Both the position numbers and the translations under genes were made by a program. The notes beneath the pieces were generated by a model. The model searched no databases, was not told the origin of the DNA, and saw only the letters and a program-made list of their open reading frames with translations. From Cenococcum geophilum (taxonomy: Eukaryota): 64,000 nucleotides of DNA. Location of the stretch: contig CP158635.1 of assembly GCA_050273025.1 (NCBI GenBank), positions 12,152,001 through 12,216,000 of the forward strand. Direction: 5' to 3'. Positions 1 to 13,019 of this stretch are shown piece after piece (position 1 is the stretch's first letter; each line of letters opens with the position of its first letter).

Positions 1-938
1 CTTAATATTCTTAGGTTCTTACTAGTTTACAATTACTTCGACTTTCTTTAGGTCTATTTATATACCGTTTATAAAAATAAGGAGTTTAAGGTATAGGACT
101 TCCGTTTTATAGAACTTATATTTATCTACATCTAATTATAGACCAGCTCTATATAGGGCTTATAGGATAAGGTTAACGTGTTTCCAATATTTGGTTAGGT
201 TATTACTGTATATTAGGATATTATTAATATAAGCAGTATAGAAGATGTCTAGGTAGGGGCGTAGGGTGTTATTTATATAATATTAAAACGAACTTGGGGC
301 GTTTATAAGGCCAAAGGGTGTTACTAAGTACTTAAATAGTCTATATTGGGTACGAAATGCAGTAAGCTATTTATCCCCTTTTATAATACGGAGACGGTTA
401 AATATAGAGATAATATCAAGCTTTATGTAGTAATAAGCCTTACTTAGTTAGTTTAGTATCTCCTATATTAACGGGATTAGATATTAATTCTTAATAGTAA
501 CGGCGTTAAGAGCTTAGTAGTCTATATAAAAGCATAGACCGCCGCCAGGTTTCTTAACGAAGATTACTAGTACGGCTATAGGTGATAAGCTTGCTCTAAT
601 AAATCCTTTACTTAGGTTCTTATCTAAATACTTTTATAGTACTTAGAGTTCGTTTTAAGACATCCCATATAAGGGTCTAAATCTAGGCTACTTTCCTTCT
701 TTAAGTACAATCTTATAGTTATACGATCGGTGTTCCGGTAGCTTATTAACTTCCTTTTATAAGAATGCCTCTAGGCGGTTATAGTACTCTACTAGTACCT
801 TTATAGCAGGGTTGGTGTGCTTCTTTAGTGCTAAGGCCTTCTTAATATCAGCTATAGTAACAGTAAAGATCGTATATTTAGGTTTTTTAGCAAGTTACGC
901 TAATGAAGTAGCTTTAATTATGCGGATATCTAGGGTAC

Positions 939-1381
939 TATAAGAGTATATATATTAGGTCCCGCCGCGCTTGCGACAAGTTCGCAAGCACTCTCAGTCT
1001 TTTTAGCCGTATGGTGACGTAGAGGCGGGCTACGTTACAATTGTGCTTGCGAACTTACCGGGGCTAGGTATTATAGGTTCGATCCCTAGCGGTTACTTCG
1101 CTCTAGTACAGTCTAACACATATCTATGCAATAAGGCGGGTTGGCTAAGTCCGATCGCTTATGTTACTGGGGACTAACTAATATAGTGATACTCTTGGCG
1201 TTTAATCCCTATGGCGCGAACAGGCGCATAGAGGAATCCCTGCGAGCGCTTAAGGACGAGCGCGTAGAGGAGAGGGCAATTGTAAGAGTATATATATTAG
1301 GTCCCGCCGCGCTTACAACAAGTTCGCAAGCACTCTCAGTCTTTTTGGCCGTATGGCGACGTGGAGGCGGGCCACGTTATA
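939..1381 (+). mobile_element. TRIM (miniature LTR retrotransposon), 443 bp, 101-bp LTRs
   Basis: Direct repeats 939-1039 and 1281-1381 (TGTAAG...TTACA, partly RIPed). 5-bp TSD GGTAC at 934-938 and 1382-1386. Purine tract AGAGGAGAGGG just before the 3' LTR. The homologous site in A2 (~26476) is empty. Confidence 0.93.
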
Positions 1382-3400
1382 GGTACCGAGCTCATTTGGC
1401 TCGTCCGTAGTTTCTTATTTAGGTTTAGGTTTAGTGTTAGGTACGGAGTTAGTGTCAGATTTAGGTTTAGGTTCTTTAAGTATTCTTTTTATTATAGAAT
1501 ACTAGTCCTTTTAGTAGTTTTATATGCTAAGCTTAAGTTTCTATTTAGTTTAGGGCGGTGTAGTGCTTAGTAATAACTTATAGAGCTTAGTAGAATTTTT
1601 AGATCCTTGGTGGGTGTTAGTAGAATTCTTATATTAGTAGAATTCGGTAGAAATCTTATATTAGTGGAATCTAGTAAATTCTTTAGATTTTGGTTCTAGG
1701 TCTAAGTAGTAAGTTATAAAGCACTTCTACTTATAACGGGAGGCGGTAAATAGAAGCTTAAGGTTATCCTAATTAATAATCACCTTATATAGCTTTATCT
1801 AGGGTTATTTAAGGATTACTAAGTAACCTAGGGTGGTAACGAAAAGCTTAATTAGTTCTTTATAGTTTAGGTATTAAAGTCTTAGGGTTACCACGTGGGT
1901 AATACGGCCTAAAATGGTGCGTTTACTATTAAATCTAAATACGTTAATATGCCGGTTAAGGGAAATTAGGGTAAAACTATTATCTTATATAAAGATCTTA
2001 TTAATAAATCCTATGCCACTAGCTCCTGTATTAATTAGGATTTAAGCGTTAGCCTATTAACCATTCTGCCAAAGATAATAGTTAATAGTTATACTATAGT
2101 CCCAAGAGTCGGAGTTTGTAACATTAAATATATTTAATAAGATCCTATAGTAGAGCCGTCCTAAAGAGCGACTTAGCTCTAAAACCTTCCTTTTAGAGGT
2201 GATTGGGGTAGGGTTCTTATAGGACATTAATTAGAGCTTCGTCCTCGTAAATAGTGCTTATTAATTATTAAGCTAGAGCTAGATAAAGATTGGGGATAGT
2301 GGCTAGAGGATTAGGGCGGTAGGCTACTAGCGTTAGCTATTTATAGGTCTTTTTAAAAAGGGGCGGAGCAGTAGTTAGAGAGGTAGGAGTTACTTCTATA
2401 TTTAAAGCAGAGGCCTAGCTTAATACATCATTCTTATTTAGAGGACCCTAGTAGGGCATATCCTAGGGTCCTAGTATTAATATCTATAGCGTTAGGGTGC
2501 TTAAGCTAAGATAGCTTAGTAGACGTTTATAGGGTTGCCGTATTATATTAGGGGGTGGGCTTCGGTATTAGGCGTAGTATATTATTATACCGTTTATTAA
2601 TAATGTTTATATAGGCATTAAGGGCTCCTAGTAAGTCTACGCCTATTAGGGAGGTTTTTAGTTTAGGGCTTAGAGATTTAATAAGGCTATTAATTAGTGC
2701 GGAGTTATTCCATTCTATTTCCTTTACATAATAGTTAAATTTAGAGAAGTATACTAGGAAACTTTTTGTTCCTTAAGTTATGTAGTTTATCTTTTTTTAA
2801 GCAGTAGCTTAGCGGTTTAGGTTACTATATATAGCTTTAAGAAGTACAACTAGGCTTTATACTAAGTTTAGCTAAAGAGGTTTAATAAAGTCGGCTATAT
2901 CTCCTCCTAGTTAACTTAAGGCGTAATAGAGTCGGTTAACTTTAGTTAGGTAACAGTTGGCGTTACTAGTTAGCTTATTTTTAAGCTAGCTTAGAAATAA
3001 TTAGAGCTTTTATTATTTACTAGTAAATACCGGGGGATCTAATAGTTGTTTAGATTGTTTTAGTATAGTAGTTAGCTTAGGGTAAGTAGCTACTATAGGT
3101 TCGGGGCTTACGTTTCGCGTATTTATCTCTAGAGATAGCGTTTAGTCTTAAGGTCCTAGCGTAGGTATCTTAAGGGCGCGGACTTCTTCTTAGAGGTTCT
3201 TAATTAATTACTAGTATCGTGCTTCTTATTTAGCTTATTATTAATTTAAAGTGGCTTAGTTTTATTTAAGGGCGTCTATAAAAGACTTCTATATCCCTAC
3301 CAATTGTTTTTAGAGTACGGTTATAATACTAGCGGCCGTTATAGGGGCTTTAGGTTTGTTCTATATATTAACGGTAGTATAGGTGGTTAATATAATATAG

Positions 3401-3748
3401 TATTATAGAGTAAGTATAAGTGACAATAATATATAGTAAGGTAGATATTATTAAGCTATATATATAAACTGTATAAGGAGGTTAAGATGTTATGTAAGGA
3501 AAGAAGGTAGGAAAACGGGAAGAAAGGGTATATATTATTAACTTAGTTGCTTAGTTAATATATATATAGGCAAAATAGGGTTTAGGTTGTGGTCCTAGCA
3601 GAACTTAGCAGAATTTGGTAGAACTTAGCAGAATATAGTAAAATGCCATAGATTGCCGTTAGATTGCTATTTCGCGGTTAGTCTCTAATTGCTAAGTCGG
3701 TAGAAACAGGTAGACGTGTATAAGGTATTACGGGGGTGTCCCGTAACA
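3401..3748 (-). repeat. 5' LTR of Gypsy A1 (348 bp)
   Basis: Matches the A2 LTRs (24094-24463, 29623-29992) but lacks 22 bp of the internal 11-bp GGCAATCTGAC-type repeat. Confidence 0.93.
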
Positions 3749-6700
3749 CGGCATTTATTCTTCTTATAGTCTTTTTAAGACCCATTTAATATGTTCCCCG
3801 TGCTCTTCCTTACTCATTAAGTAGATAATAATATTATTGAGGTATACTATAATAAATTCATCCAAGTATTCTCTTAATATATTGTTAATACGCTTTTAAA
3901 ACGTTTCTGGTGCGTTTATAAGCCCGAATTATATAACTAATAGCTTATATAGTCCTTCCTTTAACCTAAAGGCTGCCTTTTATTTATCGCCTTCCTTAAT
4001 TCTAATCTAATAGTACGCCTATCTTAGATCTATCTTCGTAAAGATTTATATATTACCTATCCTGTCTTAAATTTCACTAATTAAGGGTAAAGGATACCTA
4101 TCCTTCCTAGTAATACTGTTTAACTATCTATAGTTAATATATAGCCTTAGTTTACTATTCTTTTTTGGTATAAATAGTACTAGATAACCCGCCGATGACT
4201 ACGATAGTTTAATGTATCCCTTTTATAAGTTTTCTTAGACAAACTCCTTTAGTGCTCTACCTTTCTCTTTAGTAAGCTTATAGATTAGAAAAAACCTTAG
4301 ACTTGTTCCTAGTTCTAATTCTATTTTATAGTCCCATACTGCATACTCTAATAGCTTTTTACTCTTAGGTGACTATAGTTTTTTGCTATACTTATAGTAT
4401 CTCTTTAGTATATAGCTTAGTCCTTTTTCTATTTCTTTATAGGTTGCTTCTACTTAGTACTATACTAGCTTGGCTTATTATTGCATCTTACGGCGTTAAG
4501 TATCCCTAATATTAACCTGACCTATAATCCAATTAATCTTTAGATTGTATTCCTGTAACTAAGGCATTCCTAATACTGCCTTATTATTTCCTAATGGTAA
4601 TATGTTAAAAGACATCTTAATTTATCTCCCTTTAATGGTTAACTAAATAGGTCCTATTTTGAGATTAATAATGCCTCCTCTATAAGCTATTAGATCTCCT
4701 AAAATTGTTATTAATAGGTAAGGACGTTCCTTCTGCCTGTATAGTAACCCTATTCTTTTAACTGCTATTAGCGAGATATAGTTCCTTATTGCTCCACTAT
4801 CTATTAGTGCCTTAAACTGTTAATCTTACTACTTAACTTATAAATTTAGGTGTTGTCCTTAAATTCCTTTAAGGGTCTAAGGCTCTACTACTGGCTTCCT
4901 CTAGTCCCGTAGGCCTCTACTTTTCCTAACTATTAGCCACTAGATCCTGTTTATACTTAGTCTAATTTAGGCTAATACTTAGTTTGTTTTTTGTCTTTAA
5001 TATACTATAGACAGGTATTCTCTAAATATTTCTACTATTATCGTCCATCTAGGCATTCTTCCGTAAGGAATCTTCCTAGTTAAAGTATTAAGTCCCCTTA
5101 TTCTTAAACTTCTACTAGGTGCTAACTATGCATATACTTAGCATTTTAATACTTCGCTTTATCCGTTATCTAATATATCCTTATTAGATACTTTTAATTT
5201 CTGTCCTTTAGTGCTCTATATATGTTACACGTATTATCTACGTATACTATCTAAGATAGTGTATAATATACCTAGTGTCTTAGGTTAACTCTTAGCTTAT
5301 CCTTGCCCTTAAGTTTAAACCTTTCTTATATTAATCTAAGCGTTGCGACTTTATTTATAGGTACTAAAATACGCCTCTCGCTTCTCCAGTCCTCTAATTA
5401 CTCCTTTAGATCCTTTGATGTTATAATTAAGGCTCCCTTAATATAAGTTATAGCCTTCTCTATAATTGGGCGGTCTTAGATAACTTTTTCGTCTAACTAT
5501 ATATAGAAATCTTCCTACTTATTGTTATGCCGTTGCCTATACTACTTTTGGTATAGCTGCTTAAGTGTATACGGCTTATCTGTAAGGAAGTATCTTTTTA
5601 TTACTACGTCGTAACAGCCTTTGGTATGTCGTTCTTTAAACCTAGTAGGAATCCCTAGATCCTCTTCTTACTCCAGTTTAGTAAGCTACTTAGCTCTTAG
5701 TGTGCCTGCTTTAGGCCTATTAGTAACTCTTTATATTGGCGCTCTGTCCCTTATACGTCCCAATATACTAGATCTCTTATCTAGTTTTTATTCTTACTTA
5801 AGGTAATTCTTACTCTAAATTCCTCTATAGTTTCCTTTATATCGCGTCTTATAAGTGGATTCTTAAAGTTTTCTTACTTCCTGATCTTGGTATTAACCTT
5901 TTAATCTTTAGGCTAAATACTATATTCCCCTAGTAAGTCCTCTAGGTCTATATATCTGTCTCCTAGTCTAACCGCTATTTATATTATAGATTCTCTAATC
6001 TATAAAGAAGCCTCTTACCTCTTATTTATAGGTGTTCTAATTCGCACTCTAAATTCTTAATCCCTTAGATTCTTTAATCCTGAGCTTGCTTCTGTCTTAA
6101 GCTTAGCTCTAGCCTTAGTCTAACTAGGCTTACTTAGTATTCTTATCTTATTTTAAGAGTCTTAAATCTTACTTATCTTGTCTTAAGAATCTTATGCTGT
6201 TAGGAATTCTTATCCTAAGCTTATTTATATATTGCTAAACTAAGCTACTACCCTGCTCCATCGGTTTTTGTCTGTTATAGGTCTTTAGGTATATCTTATC
6301 TTATCTTAAAAATCTTAGTTGTTTCTTATCTCTTCTTAAGAATCTTAAGCCTTTAGCCTTTTGCCTTTATTAAGTGGTAAGCTAGCACTAGTAGTCGTCT
6401 GCTTGCTTAATCGCCTATAGATATTACTCCTTTTATCTTATAAAGCGATGGATGCTGTATCTAATACTGTTATAATACCCGTTACTAAACCTTGCTCTAT
6501 GGCGGTCTTAGTCTCTACTTCTATTGCGTTATTAAGGTTTAGATACCCCCAGTTAGTTCCTTTACTATTTTTGTTGCTATTAATTAATAAGTACTCCGAC
6601 TCTATTATTATTGTTACTAATCTTTATCTATATGTTACTGTGATATCTTAATCTAGCTTATAGAGTCGATCTTATTCTTTATCTAACTCTATAGTTCCTT

Positions 6701-8424
6701 TAAGTCCTCTTAACTCTAGCTCTTATAGCTAATAGCTTATACTATACTTAGCATCTTTATAAATTCGGTATATGTTGTTATAATAAAACGCAAAACTTTT
6801 AATTGAACATTCTTTTGTTCCTTGTAGTATACTATTATCCCTCTATATATATATATCTCCTACTGTTAGTCTAGTTCCCTTTATTATATAGTAACTCTAA
6901 CTATCTTTATAATTCTTCGCGAAGTAACCCTTTTTTTCGTAATTTATATAAGCTCCGTTTTTAAACCATTGCTTTTATTATAGAGTCCGCTTAAACGTCT
7001 TCTACTAATAAGATTTTTAGTTTAGCCTGTGCTCCTTAGTTCTATAATTACTAGATCCTTAACCTTTAGGTTTTTATAGTTGTTTTCCCTATCTCTTATA
7101 GGTTTCTTTAGTACTACTTAGGTTTATTAGCTCTACGCCATACTATAGTTTCTAACTTGGCTTTAGTTGTTGCGCACTCTACGTTTTATATAACTATAGA
7201 ACTCTATCCTAGCTCTTCTTAGCCTGTTCCCTTTAGAAGATCCTATTATTGATCTTTATTGCTTAATCTATTAATTCCCTTAGGGTGTCCGCATCTTCTA
7301 TTAGAATAATTACGTTCTGGACTTTAGCCTTAAGTCCCTACTTATACTGTGCCATAAGCGCCCTATTATTCCACTTAACTTATATTACTAATATTTAAAA
7401 CTATGTTATATATTTAATTGCTAAGGTTCGCTGTATAATATCTTAGAGTTTTCTTTTTACTGTGGTTACTGCCTCTGGGTCTCTGAACATTTATATAAGT
7501 TATTCCACGAATCTGTTCCAGCTTAAAAATATAAACCGTACCTTTTGGTTTGTAGTTGTTATTCCGTTTGCTTATATCTCTATAAGGTAAGGCTTAAACT
7601 ATTTAAGTGCTCTTCCTATTAAGAATAGCCCTGTATACGCTATTTGATCTATAGGTATCGCCAGCTTTACTCCCTCTTACGTAACTTTAAAATATATTTG
7701 CGTAAGGAATCCTTTAAGCTTTAATCTTTCTCCTAAAAATCTTTTAATTAATAGTAACTTAACCTTTACTGCGCCTATCCCGTTAATCCTTTACTTAAGT
7801 ATTGCATTATTCTCTATTAATTGGTTAACTATTTCTTATAACTGTCCTACCGTTATAGGTTATTGCGAGTTAGTGTCCGCTATACTGGTGTCACCCCCTA
7901 ACCTTAACGTAGTTGCCGCCGTTAATGGCGTTATGGTGGCTGCTTTTAGTGGCATGTTATTCGACTTCTATGTTTAATACTATAACTAGGTAGTAATTAT
8001 ATAACGGAACCTTGTAGTAAGAACTATGGTGGGCTCGTTAATGGGCTAGGTGTATAGGAAATATAAAGATAGTAGTTAACAACGTAATAATAACTAGTGG
8101 AGTGGTTGCCTAACAGATTAACTCTAATTATATTTTGAGAATTACTATAAGGAAGGAACTATCTAGGTAGGGATTAAGGGTCCTTAAATACACAACCGTA
8201 CTCCTACGAAATCCTTCTTATACGTGATGTACGTCTTATACGTGAGGTACGTGAGTTCCTCTTGTTCCTCTTGTTTAATATATAGCATGTTATGTGACCT
8301 TAATTACCATTCCTTGTTATATGGTTCTACTAGTTCCATCCTAAACCGTGCCTGAATTAACCAACTAGCTTCTTCCGACTCCTCTCCTAGTAGTCGTAAC
8401 ATTGTACTTAAAGCGTCCGTAACA
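3749..8424 (-). mobile_element. Ty3/Gypsy family B, copy B1 (5' LTR, gag, long linker, protease, RT N-part), interrupted by A1
   Basis: Colinear with 39430-42595 and with the reverse complement of 43950-48393. gag ATG at ~7955 (MPLKAAT...), LIDSG protease motif ~4800, RT YLDEFIIVYL motif ~3840-3870. Inserted into the RT of Copia C1. Confidence 0.93.
8000..8424 (-). repeat. 5' LTR of Gypsy B1 (425 bp)
   Basis: Near-identical to 63562-63984. Termini T(G>A)TAACGG...CCGTAACA. Confidence 0.92.
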
Positions 8425-10377
8425 TCTTTGCGGTTATAATGGAGAGAGACGTCCTATAAGGCGTCCGTATATTTAACTTACGCTTTATTAACAAGATTAA
8501 GCACCCTAGTACTAATAAAGCCTTTAAGAAATTAAGGCTTGTTATATAAGCTTATAATAACTAGGGAAAGGGCTTAGTCCTTACGCAATTACCTATAATT
8601 TAACGAGTTAGTTAACGGATTATACTTGTACTTATGCCTGGACTATAGTAAATTAAACCTATAGCCCTCTACTTACGGGATATCTCGCAAGCCTATATAT
8701 AGTCTAATATCTACCTAAGTAGAGATATCTTTATATAACTACCCCTTAAGCTTAATTTGTAACTAAGAATAATTTCATAGGTTATAAAACCCCTTTACGG
8801 AGTACCGGAAGCTAGAAACTATTGGTTTAAAACGTATTACTAGTATTACGTTAGTAAACTTAAAATGGAATAGTTGACCTACGACCCCTGCCTCCTATAC
8901 ACCCCATTAAACAGCCTTAGTATTATTAGACTTTAAATAGATAATACCCTCTTCCTAGCAGACTAGACCTTTGCGGATACTAAAGAAACTAAACTATAAG
9001 AGGTAAAGTTCTTAGTAAAGCTGTAAGAGTAGTTAACTAAGCAGACTCTAATTAAGTTTAATAAAGGCTTAATTATATAAAAGGGCAACCTAATTAAGCT
9101 AACTTAGGAACGTTAAGCTTAAAACCTAAGGCTTATTATAGTAAAGCCTATAGACCTTACTAGTTCCCGCGGAGAGACCTATAAGACTATAAATATAAAG
9201 GACTAATACGTTGCATAGCGTGCAAGAGGCGCCTATATTACTATAGTCTGTTAACCCAAATCTACCTATGATTTATCCTTTACGGCCTAGGTAATAGATC
9301 TATAAGAGGAAAATATTAAGTAGCTAAATAAGCGTATTTAGTAGCAAATTAATAATACAATAAGAGGACTTACTTTTGTACTACTAAACCTAAATTCCCT
9401 TAGCATACTAGTATTTACGGACGCCTCCTTTACTAATAATAGGGACCTATTATTATAAATCGGCTTTATAATCGTACTTACGGACTATAGTTAAGATATA
9501 AATATACTATACTGGTCTTTAATTAAATGTAAATAAGTAACCCGCAGTATACTGGCTTTTAAACTATATATACTAGCCTATAGCTTTAATATAGAAGCCG
9601 TAATTAAGTTAATAATCCAGAAGATCCTATAATTAGAGCAATTACCCCTAGTTCTATATACTAATTTAAAGTCCCTTTATAACTGTATAGTTAAACTAGG
9701 TACAATATAAGAGAAGAGGCTTATAGTTAATCTAATATGCTTACATTAGGCCTATAAACGACGTAATATTATAGAGGTTAAATGGATTAGTAGCGGAGAT
9801 AACTTAGCGGACGCTATAATTAAGGCAAAGCTGTATTAAGCTCTTAAAACCCTAATTAACATAAATAAGCTTAATCTAAGGGTTATAAAATAGGTGGAAT
9901 GAGACTAATGGAGTACTTATGGTTTATTTACGGCCTGTTTAAAGGCCGTACGGTTTATTTACGGCCTGTTAGAAAGCCGTACGGTTTATTTTACGAGCCG
10001 TAAGTAGGACTTACGGCTAGCTTAAAGCACCGTTTAGAAGGTAGCCTAGAAGGCACCTTAGGAGGGATTTCCTATATATTTCTTTTGTGTTTTACAGTTC
10101 TAATAAGGTAATTACGGAGGCTATATACAAGTGGGTCTATCTTTAAGTGCCGCTAGTATATAATTATAGCAGCTGGTATACTAAACGCGTGTTTACGCGT
10201 TTAGTGTACTAACTACTCGCTTATAACTAATTAGGGGGGAGGGCGCGTTAGTATATAGACTACGTAGTCTACCTTAATAGAATTAAAAAGTCACCACTAT
10301 CTAAAAGAGCATACGATACTATACGTATTTCGTACCCCTGGATATGACTTACTTATATTATTAAGTTGATATAAACA
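8425..10377 (+). mobile_element. Ty1/Copia (GalEa-like) family C, copy C1, 3' part (RT, RNase H, 3' LTR 10157-10377)
   Basis: Colinear with 52685-54965. Motifs KPLYGVPEA.N.WF, FTDASF and NLADA (Copia RT/RNase H). The 3' LTR ends ...TAAACA and is ~50 bp shorter than the C2 LTRs. Confidence 0.92.
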
Positions 10378-10380
10378 GTA

Positions 10381-10522
10381 ACGTATGTAATGGGGTTATA
10401 AAGATGACCCTAGTTATAAAGGTTTGTAGGTTTTGTAAATAAAATTTGTCTATGCGCTTTTTAAGTATTAATGTATAAAACCTTTATAACTAGGGTCACC
10501 TTTATAACCCCATTATATATAT
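10381..10522. mobile_element. MITE, 142 bp, 45-bp TIRs, TA TSD (Fot1/pogo-like ACGT terminus)
   Basis: 10381-10425 is the reverse complement of 10478-10522 apart from transitions. TA at 10379-10380 and 10523-10524. Confidence 0.82.
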
Positions 10523-10814
10523 TAACTCTATTAAAAATATATAGAAAAGGATTGGCTAGAAAACCTTAAAATAAAAAATAATAATATATAAAAATAATTT
10601 TAAATAATTATAAAACCTACTAATTATTATTTATTTATTGCTTAATATCTAATACGGATCCCTATAGCCTATACAGACCATTTCTATTATGGGGGAGAAA
10701 ACTTATATATTACAGGAAGAAAACCCCTATATTAGGGGAGAAAAAACCCTATAAGCTACCTTAGTAGGATAAAAAACCCCGATTTACTATATCTATATAT
10801 AGTAGCAGCTCTAT

Positions 10815-11452
10815 AGGCCTATAGCTATATCCTAACCTCTATTAGATATTAGATCTCTTTAGTAACTACTATTTCTGTTTTCTTAGTTTATCTATAGCTA
10901 GGGTTTACTATATCCTAACTAGGCCTTACTATTAATTAATTGCTATATACTAGTTATTACCTATATCTTAACTATCCCCTATATACTATCTCTTATTAAC
11001 TATTACTATATATGCCCTGCTTCCCCCCCTAGAGCTATTAAAGGTATAAGGGGGATTTATCTATTCTACTATCCTAATACTAAAAGGCGAAAGCGGGATA
11101 TATATATGTATATATCTAAGTATTTTTTATACTTAGGCCTTAGTTACTAGGCCCTCTTTAAGGGTTACTAGTCTATTAAGAGGAGATAGGGAAAACTATA
11201 GGGGTTTATACCTAACTGCTAGGCAGTAGTATTATAGCAGTATAGTAAGTAACTATATACTCTATAGGCAATTGCCCTAGGGGTTAGGAGGGGAGATATA
11301 TTAATTAATTAATTAATTAATTCGCTTATCTATTAATATAAGGTTATTAAAGCTTTTCTTAGGGGTTAAAGGACGTTATAAAATCTATTTTATATCTATA
11401 AGGATTATATAGGGTTAAATAGAAGTATATAGCGGTTGTCTACTATAAAGGA
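10815..11452. repeat. Unclassified repeat E, copy 1, left part (continues at 19877-20068)
   Basis: Reverse complement of ~35535-36151. No protein motif that I recognise. Confidence 0.8.
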
Positions 11453-11784
11453 TATCGGAAAAATATTATCCCCTATTAACGGCCTCAATGGCTAGTAGTT
11501 GACGCAATTAGCGCGCAGTTGAGGTTATTTGGCAACTCGACCGACTAGCCTATATTATATTTTTCTAATATATAGCCTACACGCAGCCTATGCGTAACCT
11601 ATATGCAACCTACGCGTTTGGTAACTATTAGGAGCTATCTACCTATTTTATACTAATAGTTTATTTTAGATAAATAAAGGCGACTTTAAAGCTATTTATA
11701 AGGCTAGTAAGGTAAATTATATACTTCTTTATATAATCTATTTAGCTAAAAAGTCACTACTAAGAGTAGTAGATATAGACCTAT

Positions 11785-12030
11785 TTACGTCTACCTACTT
11801 ATCTATATCTGCCTACCTATCTATATCTACCTACCTATCTATATCGCCTACCTATTTGTATCTACCTACTTATCTATATCTACCTACCTGTTAGCATCTA
11901 CCTACCTATCTATATCTACTTACCTGTCTATATCTACTTACCTGTTTATATCTACCTACCTATCTATATCTGCCTACCTGTCTATATCTACCTACCCGTT
12001 AGCATCTACCTATTTGTACCTACCTATCTA
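11785..12030. repeat. Degenerate tandem repeat (CTATATCTACCTACCT-like)
   Basis: Visible periodic repeat. Confidence 0.85.
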
Positions 12031-12103
12031 TACTACCTTAATTCGACCGATTAATCGAATCGTTTAGTGTTCGCTGGCTAGTCATTATCGTCTAGCTTTG
12101 GCC

Positions 12104-12170
12104 ACGGTCGTCTAGTTCTAGTGACGGTCGTCTGGTTCCTGTAACGGTCGTCTAGTTCTAGCAACGGTCC
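12104..12170. repeat. 21-bp tandem repeat (ACGGTCGTCTAGTTCTAGTG-like, ~3 copies)
   Basis: Visible periodic repeat. Confidence 0.85.
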
Positions 12171-12301
12171 TCTGCTGGCTACTATTCTGGTGCCTCCCTA
12201 GGTAGGGAGGACGTAAGTAAGGAAGGAGGGGTAAAAAATAGGGTGGCTATATAGGGCAGAGGCACCTATAGGGCTATTAGGAATATAGCGGGGACCCAAT
12301 G

Positions 12302-12747
12302 CAGAGCTTCGTGTAGAGCCTCCGTACGTAGAGCTTCGCGTAGAGCCTCGTGTAGAGCCTCTATATATAGAGCTTCGTGTAGAGCTTTGTATAGAGCTTT
12401 GTGCAGAGCTTTGTGCAGAGTCTCTATATATAAAGCTTCGTGTAAAGCTTCATACAGAGCCTTATATGGAGCCTCTGTACATAGAGCTTTATATAGAGCC
12501 TCGCGTAAAGCCTTATATAAAGCTTCGTGTAGAGCCTCGTATAGAGCTTTATATAGGGCTTCGCGTAGAGCTTTATATAGAGCCTTTATACGTAGAGCTT
12601 CGTATAGGGCCTTATATAGAGCCTTATATAAAGCTTTATGCAGAGCTTTATATAGAGCTTTATATAGAGCCTTATATAGAGCCTTATATAGAGCCTTATA
12701 TAAAGCTTCGTGTAGAGCTTTATATAGAGCTTTATATAGAGCTTTAT
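12302..12747. repeat. 12-bp minisatellite AGAGC(C/T)TYRTRT; resumes at 19439-19482 after the LINE
   Basis: Visible array. It generates the spurious ORFs 12387-12806 and 12466-12813. Confidence 0.92.
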
Positions 12748-13019
12748 TTTTTTTTATTTTTTTTTATATCCGTTGTATTATACTACATACAATACTGCGC
12801 ATGTAGCCTCTAGGCTATAGCGCTATAGTTCTATATACATAAATCCTTTTAGGCAGCTTAATATATACTAGTAGCTATGTCCTAATAGTTTATAAACCTC
12901 TAAACTAGGGGTTTACTAGTCCCTAGTAAAATACTAGGTTGCCAATAACTAATAGGTAGTTTAGAAAAAATAGAAAAGACTATAAGAAATTAAGAAACCC
13001 TAACGCCTATCTATGTCCT

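Larger units (their letters stand above)
1..3748 (-). mobile_element. Ty3/Gypsy chromovirus family A, copy A1 (5' LTR, gag, protease, RT; continues off the left edge), RIP-degraded
   Basis: Reverse complement of 24094-27415 (copy A2). LTR at 3401-3748 ends ...CCGTAACA. RT motifs TAFRT.YGLF.YLV.PFGL.NAP (~295-365) are readable on the minus strand. Inserted into the RT of Gypsy B1. Confidence 0.95.

Noticed and set aside
1040..1280. Hammerhead ribozyme (retrozyme-like) in the TRIM
   Set aside because: I could not find a CUGANGA...GAAA core with flanking stems, even allowing for RIP. An Infernal search would be needed.
1141..1570. ORFs of 89 and 69 aa
   Set aside because: They cross the TRIM/Gypsy junction or are antisense to Gypsy pol, so they are chance frames.
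12387..12813. 139-aa and 115-aa ORFs (YRAL / IELY repeats)
   Set aside because: Translations of a 12-bp minisatellite running into a LINE tail, with no coding evidence.
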